Both the position numbers and the translations under genes were made by a program. The notes under the pieces are model-generated. The model saw nothing but the letters and a program-made list of their open reading frames with translations, was not told the DNA's origin and searched no databases. Of a stretch of 64,000 bases of DNA, positions 52,453-64,000 are shown piece after piece. Every line of letters begins with the position of its first letter. The stretch's first letter is position 1. This DNA comes from Cirrosporium novae-zelandiae (taxonomy: Eukaryota). The stretch is from positions 434,001 to 498,000 of the forward strand of contig JAPETS010000001.1 in NCBI GenBank assembly GCA_026023565.1, read 5' to 3'.

Positions 52453-55400
52453 TCATTGCCTATCAACTGCATTCTTTTCCCAGTTATCTAGCAATACTCC
52501 AACCTCTTTAAAACTGACTGGTTTCGTCATGTACAAATCCACACCAGCCTGAAAGGCTTCATTTCGATCGCGGTTACTAGCAAGCCCTGTCAATGCAATA
52601 ATCAAAGCTGGTTTGAAGGTATCAAGTGGGCTAGCTTCGGCTGCTCGTACAGCTTCAAGATCTCGGATGCGGCTAGTAGCTTCAAAACCGTTGAGGATTG
52701 GCATCGACAAATCTATACGAACATCCCTTTAGCACCAAAAGTTTTTGCCTGACCAAGGGGGAAAAATTCCTTGTCCACATACCCATTAAAATTATGTCAT
52801 ATCCTAACGGATTGTTCTCAGCTGCTTTAACCGCTTCAAGACCATTCTCTGCTGAATCCACCATGGTATATTTTCGCTTTCGCATTAATGTCTGTAAAAG
52901 GCGAAGGTTGATTCTATTGTCATCGACAAGCAGAATACGAGGAGACAACCGCTGGGGAATTTGCTCCCTGGTATTTGACGACAAGCCTCCTAGGTGCTGC
53001 AATGCTATTGGGGTCACGCCCCTCGAAAAGGGAAGCCGGTCTGGTTGAGACTCCATCAACCTCTTGTCACTAGGCCTTAGCATCAGCTCATCTACGCCGT
53101 TTGTATAATGATCGACCTTGATTATACTGGCTGAAGGTTCTTTTAATGCATCAGAATTTGGAAAAGGAAAATCTTCTGTCCCGTTTGTATCAGTCTTTGC
53201 GTTCAAATAACCAGCAGTAGTGTCCAAAGCTTGCTGTTCGTTCAAAGGACCTTCTCTGGCTACTACAACTCTATCTGCCTCAACGATTATTGGTGGCAAG
53301 TCGGCTGCTGGGTCAAGAGTAATCTCGTTCACTAATGGAGTCGCCGATGTAGGGTTTTCAATCGCATAACTTCCGTCTTCGTTTGCTAACGGCACAATAC
53401 CATCATTCCGAGCTGCAATTCCCTCCAAGCAAAATATGAGTGCCTTTGCCAATTTGATAGGCCCGAATGGTTTTGAGAGGTATTCGACAACACCGTCATA
53501 TTTCTTTTCATAGACACTGTTGTGTCTTCGGGCTTGATGACAAAGTACAATAATAGCAGGGGTATTTCTAGCATCTTGCGCCTTGCATAGCCTGACTAAG
53601 TCATCGAGATCCGTTTCTTCGACAAAAATTATGTCTGGTCGAATCACGGTACCCCAGTCAAGAACAACAGTATTAAACCACGTGGTGATATACCGAAAAA
53701 CTGTTTTTGATGAAGAGGCCATGTTAGATATCCCGCCGGCGGGAGAACCATCTCTATAAAAGGTTATAGATTTACCGCTAATAACACTAGGCAAACGGCC
53801 AATTAAATCTTCCGAACGGTTTGTCTGAGAAGAATCTGGAGTTGAAGCTGGAGTATCGCTTCCAGGTAGTGGCCTGTGCAGGGGGATACAGATTTGCACC
53901 TCGGTACCCTCATCGACCCGACTGCAAATATCAATTTTACCGTCAAGCATATTTACGATGCTTTTCACTAAAGAAAGGCCAAGACCAGTACCAGGAGCTA
54001 AGCTATTTTCCTGAGAAAATGGAGTGAATAGCTTCGTTCGCAGATATTGTTCGCTAATGCCCTTTCCGGTATCTGTGATAGTTAAAATGATCTGCTTTTG
54101 TGTTTCTTGTCCTTCGACCATTTTTTTAGTATCAGTCTGCTGAAGATGGACCATGACCGATCCCTTGTTGGTGTATTTAAGGCTGTTGCCAAATAAATTC
54201 ATAATTACCCGTCGAAGTGCACCTGGTTGGGTAACAAAAACCCAGTCTCCTGGTTCAATTGAGAGAACCATGTCAACGTTTTTATTGCTTTGCAAGCCTG
54301 CCTCTGGGATGCCCGAAAACACTTGGAATTTTCCTACCGACGAAGTGAGTTCTTGAAACAAATGGCCGGCTGCGACGCCTTCGATTACTTCCTCGCAGAT
54401 ACCAGCAACGTTTGTGACGGCGTAGATGGATAGAGCAGAGGGCAGCCCTTGCGATAAGTTCCTGTCGCTGGGGACACCTTTCCCGGTTTTCTTGTGCACT
54501 TTATTCTTCCACCCGCGTTCAAATGCGTTGATCTTGCTGAAATCTAGCACATGATTTATGGTATCAAGTAAAGTCCTTCCGCAGGAGTCAATTTGATCGA
54601 CAAGGGACTGCTGGAATGTTGAGAGATGAGTGTCGGAAAAAAAGTCAACACTGGCCAAAATACCGTGCAAGGGAGAACGAAGTTCATGTGAAATACTCCC
54701 AATAAAGTCCCCTTTTTGTTCGTCGGATAGAATGGCAGCCAGTCTCGATACCTCCACCATAACAGATTTACTAAATGCACCAAGAAAGTCCAATTCTCTA
54801 TCGAGAGTGAAGACCCTAGTTTCATCGCTACTCCAAATAAATGCACCACAGTACCATTTCGATGAAGCGGAGTCCCACATTGGCATAAATGCCAACTGAC
54901 GTACTAATCAAATTAGCCCAGGTCTTTGACTATTGACTTGGGGCGAACCTACCTGACGGGAGATATCGCTGTAATGTTTTAGCCTCCATGTCTTTACTGT
55001 GGATTTTATTGGTTCTTAATGATACACCCGTATCATGTTCGCCGTCTAGGGTTTTATATATTTGGTCATCTTCTGAGGAAGCATTCCCACTTTCGTCAAA
55101 ATGCCATATTCTACCTCGAGGATATCGTTTGCATAAGTCTTCAACGATATTTTCAGGAACGGGTAAAAATGGCATATTGCTAATACATGATGAGGAAAGC
55201 GGATGATCGGCTGTGGAGAAAGCAAGTATTGTCGCTGGAAGGTGTTTAGGTGACGTTTTATGCATGTTTCTTGTAGAGGACACAATTGAGGGTAATGAGA
55301 AGCGTCGGCCTTCGGAACTATTGTTTCTAGTGCTAGCTACTGTGCCTCCCACATTATCGGACGGGGAATAAACCAGCTGTCTCTCGGTATCAAGAAAAGT

Positions 55401-56569
55401 GACACAACCTGTCTTATCAAGCCCTAGGCTTTCTCGTAATAGATTTGCAGCCCTGCCAAATAGCAGCTGGCGATCTGTGATAGGTTCTGGTTGTTCCTGG
55501 AGAGAAGTTTGGCCGAGAAGCACCTCAGGAGCTGAAGCTAAAGGACTCGACGGCTTGTTTGTATTTTGGAAGGCTGAATTGAAGTTTTTCCGTTCATCAA
55601 CTTTGGGGCTAAATGTGTGATCAACGCGTTGAATTTTGGGACTTGTCTCGAGCTCCTTAGTTAAACCAGGTTCGGTGTCATTGTCCTCAGCATACCATGA
55701 TCTCCCCTCGACGAAGCATCTCAGACCATTTCTCATTTTTTTTATCATTCTACCCTCGTATGCCTCTCTCTTCATTTCAAGATGGTTCATGCATGTTGCT
55801 GCCATCGTACCTAGGAAGTCGAGCTGGCTGGCTGTCAAATCATCGTGGACCTTGTTATCCAAAAGACATAAAGAGCCTATATTTATGCCTTGCTTTGTTG
55901 TGAGTGGGGTTCCTACATAGAACTAGACTATGTTAGTATATCTATCACTGTTGGAAGTCTCATTGCCGTGAGATTACCCTGTAGTGAGGATGCTCAGCCA
56001 CAAAAGGAAGATGTTTGAAGCGATTATCGGTAGATAGATCTTGAACGGTGAAACACGAGTACGAACCCTTCGACGGAGGGAGTGCAACAGTCCTCTGAAC
56101 ATGATTTAGCATCACTACAGTCGTCTAGGTATGTCACGTACCTCGCATAACAACCCGCCCTGGGGATAACTACTGCATGATATCCATAATCCATCTCCCT
56201 CGTCCTCAAACTGGTCCTCGTTTCCCAAGCTTAGAGTTCTCGTCGATTCTGCGATTGAATATTGGGTTCCGTCCCCGATAAGACTAATAATATCATCCAT
56301 CAACATAGCTCCATCGGTACTATTAGTCTTTGAAAATGGCATCCAACTTGCCTAACAAGAGCCCTTTTCATGTTAAGGCGAATAGCCACAAGATGGCAAA
56401 AAGCTGCAAGCGAACTATCAACATTTCGAGGCTTTTGACTGGGAGGTTCAGGAGAAGTAAAGGAGAGTTGAGCGAATTCGATGTCAGAGGGATTGAAATA
56501 TTGGTATAGCTCTCGCGCTCGACGGCGCTCCTGTTGGCGTGGTTGGAGTAGAACGTGACTTTCAGGCAT
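52453..56569 (-). CDS. Hybrid sensor histidine kinase (GAF - HisKA - HATPase - receiver), multi-exon
   Basis: GAF-like FYVGTPLTTKQGINIGSLCLLD; H-box SHELRSPLHG; N-box MNLFGNSLKYT; DTGKGIS; GTGLGLS; receiver LLVDDN..ILMD.SMP..MTKP. Confidence 0.92.
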
Positions 56570-57324
56570 GACTGATTCGCAAGTACCGCAATTATAACCA
56601 TGACCGTTTTGTATAACCTCCAAAGGTCTCAGGCAAATAATTATTTAGCCAATGGAATGGTATAGTGGGGTATTGGAAGAGCTGGAGGTTATGTGGGGAG
56701 GTGAGATAGTGAGACATTGGAGGCAAGGGGACTATTCTACAAATACAGATGGAGGCTTTCATGGTTGTTCCTTTCAGGGAAGGTTCTGATCATCTGGTAG
56801 ATAACTCTCTCCTGAAGGACTGATGAAGTGACTGAAAGAGGTTGCTGATTAGTACTGCGCAGAGGTGTTGACGTTGATTGGCTGATGTTAGTAGCTATTG
56901 TGTAGAGTCTGGAGTGTGAACTTTAGAGCAATTCGCTAAAAGATTGAACGCGATAAACTCCAAAGGCTCAACATTTCGACTGGGGAATAATATTTAACTA
57001 ATCGATTCCTGTGACTTATCTCAACAAACCTTTCCACCCCCCAGCCACAAGCGGGCCATTCAACTTCTAGATTTCTCCTTTCCAAATACCCCAAAAGGGA
57101 TCCCTACGCATTGGTAATTCATGCCTAGTTAACCTAATCACCTAGGTAGTTTTTTGGCTCCTAGCCTCCCGTGGCCACCGTCCGTGCCACTCCACCAGCT
57201 GCTTTTGTTGTACAGATACAGAGAAATACTCAAGAAGGTGTCTAGAAAGTAGTCATTCATTATTAATCTGTGTATGATTATTGATTATCCCCCACATAAT
57301 TATTTCCCCATGTCTAACATCATT

Positions 57325-58649
57325 TCACCAGGCCAAAGTTGCCGTCCAGTCCTGCATGGCAGTGGCATTATTCGCTGACGCAATGGCACTTTTCACATCT
57401 CCCTTGGAGCTATTAAGTCCAATCTCATAACTATCATACCCGTTGCTGGCAGTCGAACACGTTCCACTGCAGTTTTGGGTTTCATCACAACCAGGGACGA
57501 TTTCCCAGTATAGCTAACCACGATAAAATTAATAATATTCTTTCACTTGTGAGCGCTTGCTTACCCAAGGGACACCATTGTCGTTTAAGACGGCGACCTG
57601 TTCGTCGAACTGCCCTGTAGGGCTAGCTGACACCCCCCACTCCTCAATCATAAGATGCTTACTTTTATTGGCTGCCGTCTCAACTAGAGATGGAATGAAA
57701 TACTCCCACTGTGAAGCTTCGGTCATATACCCATGTACGCTGATGATATCAATGGCACTGCAGTCCAAGACGCTATCGATGATATTATATTCATGATCGC
57801 AGCAGTACTCGGATCCGCCAATACCACCAGTAGCAACTTTGACTGACGAATTACTCCCAATAAGATCCTTCATGACGGTTGCACGGCCACAAAACCAGGC
57901 CATTGGATCATCCATTTCGAGAAATTCCATGGCATTGATCATGGGCTCGTTTTGAATATCAAAAGCTAGGATGACGTCGCTCAGCTGGGACCATGGTTTT
58001 CCAAAATTAGGAGAGACATAACTCAAGATCTCTGTGAGGCGATTGTCATACTCGGACCTTGCAGTTTTGTTAGTATAAAAGTTTTCTTGGTTAGTATATT
58101 TTTTGCAGTAAGCATCGCAACCATTGACACCGTTGATAACGCCAGCATCGTGCGGAGAGATGATGGCTTTCATTCCATTTTCATGGAGAAGTTTAAGGGT
58201 GTCATCCAAGGCTGCAAGGACTTCGGTATGATACGTCCCTATGGAGCCTTCCAACTCAAGGTTGCTGATGTTGGTAGTCAGGCTCCCCTTGACGCAGGAA
58301 CCTGAGGTGCCGGTGACTAGGATAACATAGGTCAGCTTATGAGGAGATATGATTGGGGACTGTCGTCTTGTTTGGTGAAATGGATCCTTGGCGAATATCT
58401 TAATTTCTACAAGTATATCGTGGCCGCAGAAATGCTTGACCTACCCCAGAGACGCACGACTTTAGCACCCCAACCTGCCAGCGTCTGGACATAAGTTGTC
58501 TGCTCTTCCACACTCAATCCATGAAGAAAATAATTATTAGAGCCAGCGAAGGACGAAAACGTATTGTTACTAAAGGGGGCGGCGAAAGCGCAGTGGAGAA
58601 TTGTCAAGGCGGAGAATAATAATCTAATGAGGGAGGATTTAGGCAGCAT
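57325..58649 (-). CDS. Secreted glycoside hydrolase family 5 (mannanase-like; possibly GH5_31)
   Basis: Signal peptide; FAGSNNYFLHGL; AKVVRLW; IISPHD; acid/base QNEP; SVHGY; nucleophile IEEWG; LYWEIVPG. Confidence 0.85.
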
Positions 58650-59247
58650 TCTGAAATGACTGGGGGGTCTAGGCTATGATGGGAAAAAAAGAAGCGAAAA
58701 ACAGAAGTACAGGTTTGGGTATGGATGAGGATTGGGTAGAGGGCCATGTTATAATACAGTAGATTGAGAAAAAGAAACGGAACAATGTTATTGTGTTGTC
58801 ATGTAAATTATATCAACACGAAACAGTGGTGGTACAGGGATATCCTTGTCGCCTTTGTATCAAGTAGGTTGGCTAGATATAAATTATCTGACAGCCTGTG
58901 TGTGACACAGTACTCATGCATTGCATGATTATTGCCATTTCAGTATCTCGGGAGAGACATCAAGGATGTTGCACGCCTCAATTCTGTGCATAGAAACCTA
59001 TCAGATCTTCAGGAACAGACGCCTTCAGCCAAGCCAAGCCAAGCCAACCGTATAATTACTCCTTTTATTTCAATGAACAACCATTATCAATCATGTATCT
59101 GACTGTTTGTAGCCTTTGTGGCAGCCTTTCGATGGTCATCATCTAACATGCTAATAGTATCTTATTATTTATTTCCTACGTCGATCCTCTCTTTCCTATG
59201 TTTTCCCTTCGGTACCTAAATGCCTTCAAATTAACTCATTTGCGATA

Positions 59248-60211
59248 ATGGACTCTCAACGACAACTGACAAGCTTATGGCTATTTTTGGTCGTTTTGTT
59301 TGGCTTCACGCAATTAGTTATATCCCAGTCGGTGTTCATTAACGATGTCCCTGGATATTCATTGCTAGCCTACTGTGCAGTGATTCCTTTGAGTTGGGTC
59401 GTCAGGGACATGAAGTCGGGCTGTGGAGATAGCTAGAAAACGACATCCTATTCTTGTTTCTGTACGGACAGCTCGAGCAAAATGAATAGTATAATTTCCA
59501 GCGCCGTCACGTCGAAATGTGGAGAAAATTCGAGTAACGAGGCTGGCTCAGCCCTAGATGTATTTTCGAGTTATTGCGAGCTAGTGACCACCAGTCTGTT
59601 GTATACTAGGGATTCTTACTGTTTAGAAGGCTAACACAATATAGCCTCTGTCGGAGCATCTGCAACATCGCTGAATCCAGGTACAGCATCACCAGCTCAA
59701 ACGCCAGCGCAGCCAACCTCCTCATCCACAATTAAAACACCGCCGTCATCCTCGCTAGGTACTGGCGGAAAGATAGCAATCGGTATATGTGTTCCTCTGG
59801 GAGCAATAATAGTGATCGAATTAGGTGCATTGTTTCGTTTACAACGAGGCTCAAGGAGTAGAGCATGGCGCGGGATTCACCAGCGAACTAGATGAATCAC
59901 AGTGCAGTCATAAGCTAAGAACTAAAAACTCAAAGGTTTCGCAGATCCAAGGGACACCAGTGTGCGAGCTACCGACGACCACCGAGACCTCGGCCAAGGA
60001 TGAAGGAACCCACAGGAACTGGAAGGGTGAAATGAACATATTTCATAAGATTAGAAGCAACATATCCCTCACCAGTGGGAGCTTAATCCCCGGGTTGAGA
60101 CACCCTTGGAATCTACAGAGGGTTGAAGATGGAGAACGACATGATAGGTGTGAGAAGACCTGGAATATTTCGGTATTGAAGATAAGTCGCCCACACCTTA
60201 AACAATTATAA
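59248..60211 (+). pseudogene. Disrupted gene for a Cys-rich extracellular-domain, S/T-stalk, single-TM membrane protein
   Basis: Signal peptide; Cys-rich domain interrupted by in-frame TAG at 59434-59436 (GCGDS*KTTSYSCFC..FSSYC); S/T stalk; TM GGKIAIGICVPLGAIIV; tail-like sequence (SELDE..IQGTPVCELP) lies in another frame. Confidence 0.65.
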
Positions 60212-60518
60212 TACTCTAAAAGCTTCTACATTTATATAGATACGTAATATATTATCACCTATGAAAAAAATAAAATACCTCAACCACGCTTTAACATCTC
60301 CCTCCCGCAACAATAGATCCAAATAGGCTTTTACATGAGTATGGTGTATGGCCACCACCACAAACCCCCCACCCCACAAATCCCCCCTCATCTACAAATA
60401 TCGACATTCTTCTCACATTCATATTCTCCCATGCCCATTTCGTTGTGCTATATTTCCTGCGTTCTAATAATCTACGTTCTCTTCCTATCGGAGACATTTA
60501 TATCCTCTCCAAGTCAAG

Positions 60519-62688
60519 ATGCGAATCCCACGTATTCAACCGATGGCCATGCTAACACTAGCCTCAGCATGGGGAGTAATTGCATCCATGAACCCTTCTC
60601 TAGAGCGAAGGTCGTTACCCATAAACCACAAAAGATTGATAACCGATAGCACTATTCGATTCACAGAACCAAGAATATGCGAGACCACGCCTGGCGTTAA
60701 GTCGTATGTTAACCTTGTCTGTACTCATCACCTCCTAGCATCATCTAATCCACATATAGGTATTCCGGATATATCGACACAGCACCCGATCTTCATACCT
60801 TTTTCTGGTTCTTCGAGTCACGGACTGATCCTGCAAACGACCCCATAACTCTCTGGTGAGCTTCAAAAACGAGCTAATTGTAATAACAATCAACTAACAG
60901 GGGATACCCAAGGCTCAACGGTGGGCCAGGAACAGACTCATTGATCGGTCTCTTCAGTGAAGTTGGCCCATGCCGGATGAACGCAACCTTGAATAACACG
61001 CAACTCAACCCATACAGCTGGAGCAACGCATCGAATCTTCTATTTATCTCCCAGCCCATCGGGGTTGGCTTCTCTTACGCAGACTCAGGAAATGGTTCGT
61101 ACAAGCCCAAACCCCCCACACCCCCCCCCCCAAAACCCACCCACCCATAAAACAATCCAACTAAACAACCATCCTCCTTACAGGCACAAACGTCACCGAT
61201 ACAACCCCCCACTCTGCTAAGGCCGCGTGGACAATAATCCAAGCCTTCTTCAGCGGGCTCTCGGAGTTCGACCCGTCGATAAAATCCAAACAATTCAACC
61301 TGTTCACCGAATCCTACGGCGGCCACTTCGGCCCCTCGTTCTACTCACACTTCTACGCGGAGAACGAAAAAATCGCCAATGAAACAGCGGACGGCATCCA
61401 GCTCTCCTTCAACTCGCTCGGAATCGGAAACGGAATCCTCGATTATATGTCCCAGGCACCCTACTACCCTGAATTCGCCGTGCACAACAGCTACGACATC
61501 ACAGCCGTAAGCAACAATACCTATAACGAAATGAAAACGGCCTGCTTCAAACCAAACTCGGGGTGCCTTGCGCAGGTCGAAACGTGCCGTTCCCAAAACA
61601 GTACGACACCCGAATCCACGACCCGAAAGCTCTGCGCCGCAGCCGAGGACGTCTGCCGCAACCAGGTGGAAGGACCCTACTACGTCGCCCCAGAAAGCCG
61701 CAACGGCTACGACATCCGCCAACCATCCACCAACGCGCAAAACCAACCACCGCTAGACTCAATATTAAAATACCTATCCTACCCCGCCATCCAAGCAGCC
61801 CTAAGCGTGTACGCGACCCAACAAGCAAAAAAAACCCCTTACTCCCTCTCCAACCCCCCAATCTTCAATGCCTTCCGCGCCTCCGGCGACGGCGTCCGCC
61901 ACAACTACCTCGAGGACCTCTCCACCCTCCTCAAAAACGGCATCCGCGTATCCCTCTACTACGGCGACGCAGATTACATCTGCAACTGGATGGGCGGCGA
62001 GGCCGCCTCCCTCGCCATAGACTACCCGCAAGCCCCTGAGTTCGCAGCCGCCGGGTACCAGACGTTCCTGGTAAATGGAACCGAGCGCGGCCAGGTGCGC
62101 CAGCACGGGAACTTGAGTTTCGTTAGGGTTTTCGAGTTGGGGCATATGGTCCCCTTTTATCAGCCCGAGGCCGCGCTCGCGTTGTTTGAACGTACGATTT
62201 GGGGGCTAGATATTGCTGAGGGGAAGATGCGTGTAGACGAGAACTTTTCGAGCGTTGGTCCCGCTAACTCTACATCTGGAATCGCTACTACATCTAGATT
62301 GAGATCGAGATCGAGATCGAGCAGGGTGCGCTTTCATCATGCTTTAGTGACAGCTTCCCCTTCCCCTTCCCCTCTCCGTCCCTCTCAACCTCCACGGATG
62401 GAAGCGAACCAGCAGAACCACCAGCAGAACCACAACATTTCAAAAGAAGAAGAAAAAAAAATTGTTCAAGGGACAGAAGAAAATTTAGCTTCGGTTGGGT
62501 TGTTGTTGTTGGGCTGGGTGGTTTTTATTGTTATTATCACTGTTGGTTCAATCTATTTATCTGTCTATCGGATAAAGTGGGTGGTGAGTGATGAGTGGTG
62601 GTGGTGGATGAATAGTCATAATGAGGTACCGGTAACAGGGGGGTGGGGGTGGGAGTGGGAGTGGGAGGAAGTACCGGGAGCGGATTAG
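60519..62688 (+). CDS. Serine carboxypeptidase (peptidase S10) with C-terminal hydrophobic extension
   Basis: [39 protein letters not shown], catalytic [20 protein letters not shown]. Confidence 0.9.
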
Positions 62689-63518
62689 ATTGGTTGGTTG
62701 TATGGGTTGGTTGTATAAGCATAAGCATAAGCCTTTCTTTCTATGTCTAGGCTTAGGGCAACCAAACCGTGATAAGTTATAAGTAGTTGTATTGAGGGTC
62801 GGGAGGAGGTCGGGAGGTCGGGAGAAGGTTGGGATTTAGGATTCCCGTGCTTCCATTTCCTTTTTACCAAGTTATACTTCAATACCTACCTATCTACCTA
62901 TCTAACCAACATGCTAACCAAATAAGAAAACACTTCTTTTAATTTTTTCCAGCTTTTGAAAATTAGAAGAATAAAGATGGTGAGTTATATATATTTTTTG
63001 TTTGTTTTATTGTTTTGGGGGGGGGGGACGAAAAAAAAAGGTTATTTGGTTTCGTTTTTTTTTTTTTTTTTCAATTTTAATCATTTAAGTTAACCTAGGT
63101 ATGTAAGTAGTTAAATATGTATCTCGTTAATTAATGTAGTCAAAGAATTATTTTTTTTTTTTGAAAAAAAAATATATATATAGAGAGAGGAAGAAGAAAA
63201 GGGTTGAGAAAATTGTAACAAGTTTATTTATTATTATTATAATTTATAAAGTCGTGTGACTAGACTAGGGAGGGGGGCGGTTGGGAGATTTTAGTTTAGG
63301 GTTTAGGGTTTTTGGCTTTGGAATATTGTATTATTGTTATTTTTGTGTCTGGAGAAAAAAATATGTATTTGTTATTTGGGGTGGGTATCGTATACTCGTT
63401 TCGCGTCGGTCCTTTTTGAGTAAAAAGCGTAGGAAATTCTCTCGTTACTTAATTACTTTATTAGCAGCTCTCTTTCTCCCCAACGTGCGCCATTCAAAAG
63501 ATGGAAGCAACCTCGCCC

Positions 63519-64000
63519 CTAAACCATGTTATCTCCGTGGCCGTGGGTGTGAGCAGGAGGAGCCACGGGTTTCCTGTTCATATGCGAAGCGCCACCATAT
63601 CCTTCCGTGGCGGAAGCTGTTCCACCACCCCTCGCGGAATCAAACGGTGCACCCCCATATGCGCCATCCTCATGTCCCCAGCCCGCTTTGCGTGTCCAGA
63701 TTGCAGACTCGAAGCCGCCAGCGCCAGGCTCGGCTCCGTAGCTAAAGGGGATGTTCCGCGTGAGAGGGATATGGTTGAAGCGAAAGTCCCAGACGCTGGC
63801 GTAGACCATGCGGTAGGAAGAAAAGGCCATCATGGTGCCAATGACCGCGCCAGCAACACAGTCGTACCAGTTGTGATATTTGTCGATTGTTAAGGCTCCG
63901 GCGATAAGAGTGGCACCTGGTTTAGAAGATGAGTTTGGGAGAAATGGAAATTTTCAAGTGTTGGGTAGGGAAGACTTACCGAGAACAGGGGCGTAGACGG
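63519..64000 (-). CDS. PAP2-superfamily lipid phosphate phosphatase (Dpp1/Lpp1-like), 3' part only
   Basis: VYAPVL|GATLIAGALTIDKYHNWYDCVAGAVIGTMMAFSSYRMVY - PAP2 motif 3 region; the gene runs off the window end. Confidence 0.8.

Noticed and set aside
63293..63310. TTTAGGG telomere-like repeats
   Set aside because: Only two copies, in a low-complexity intergenic tract.

Overview
Gene-dense, intron-containing genomic DNA from a filamentous ascomycete (Pezizomycotina-type GT-AG introns with CTAAC/CTGAC branch points). I can support about 23 coding loci. They include PBS2 MAPKK, a secreted BBE-like FAD oxidase, a DENN-like protein, MIR1, three Zn2Cys6 factors, a flavin-reductase-like protein, a MetX-like alpha/beta hydrolase, PAP1, a PHD protein, an Aim3-like pair, a Dal5-family MFS, a REI1-like zinc finger, an elongase, a hybrid histidine kinase, a GH5, a pseudogenised membrane protein, an S10 carboxypeptidase and the 3' end of a PAP2 phosphatase. 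No tRNA, rRNA, CRISPR or intact transposon is evident. The best leads are: (1) a possible nitrogen-regulated catabolic module (TF + flavoprotein + hydrolase) with triple GATA sites in a shared promoter; (2) an apparently split Aim3/Bbc1-like gene pair whose CHAP-like cysteine-proteinase half has a frameshift; (3) a small spliced orphan gene with a toxin-RNase-like motif; (4) a recurrent ACCTAGGTAGT motif confined to intergenic DNA, mostly 3' of genes. Family assignments come from motif recognition only; no searches were run.
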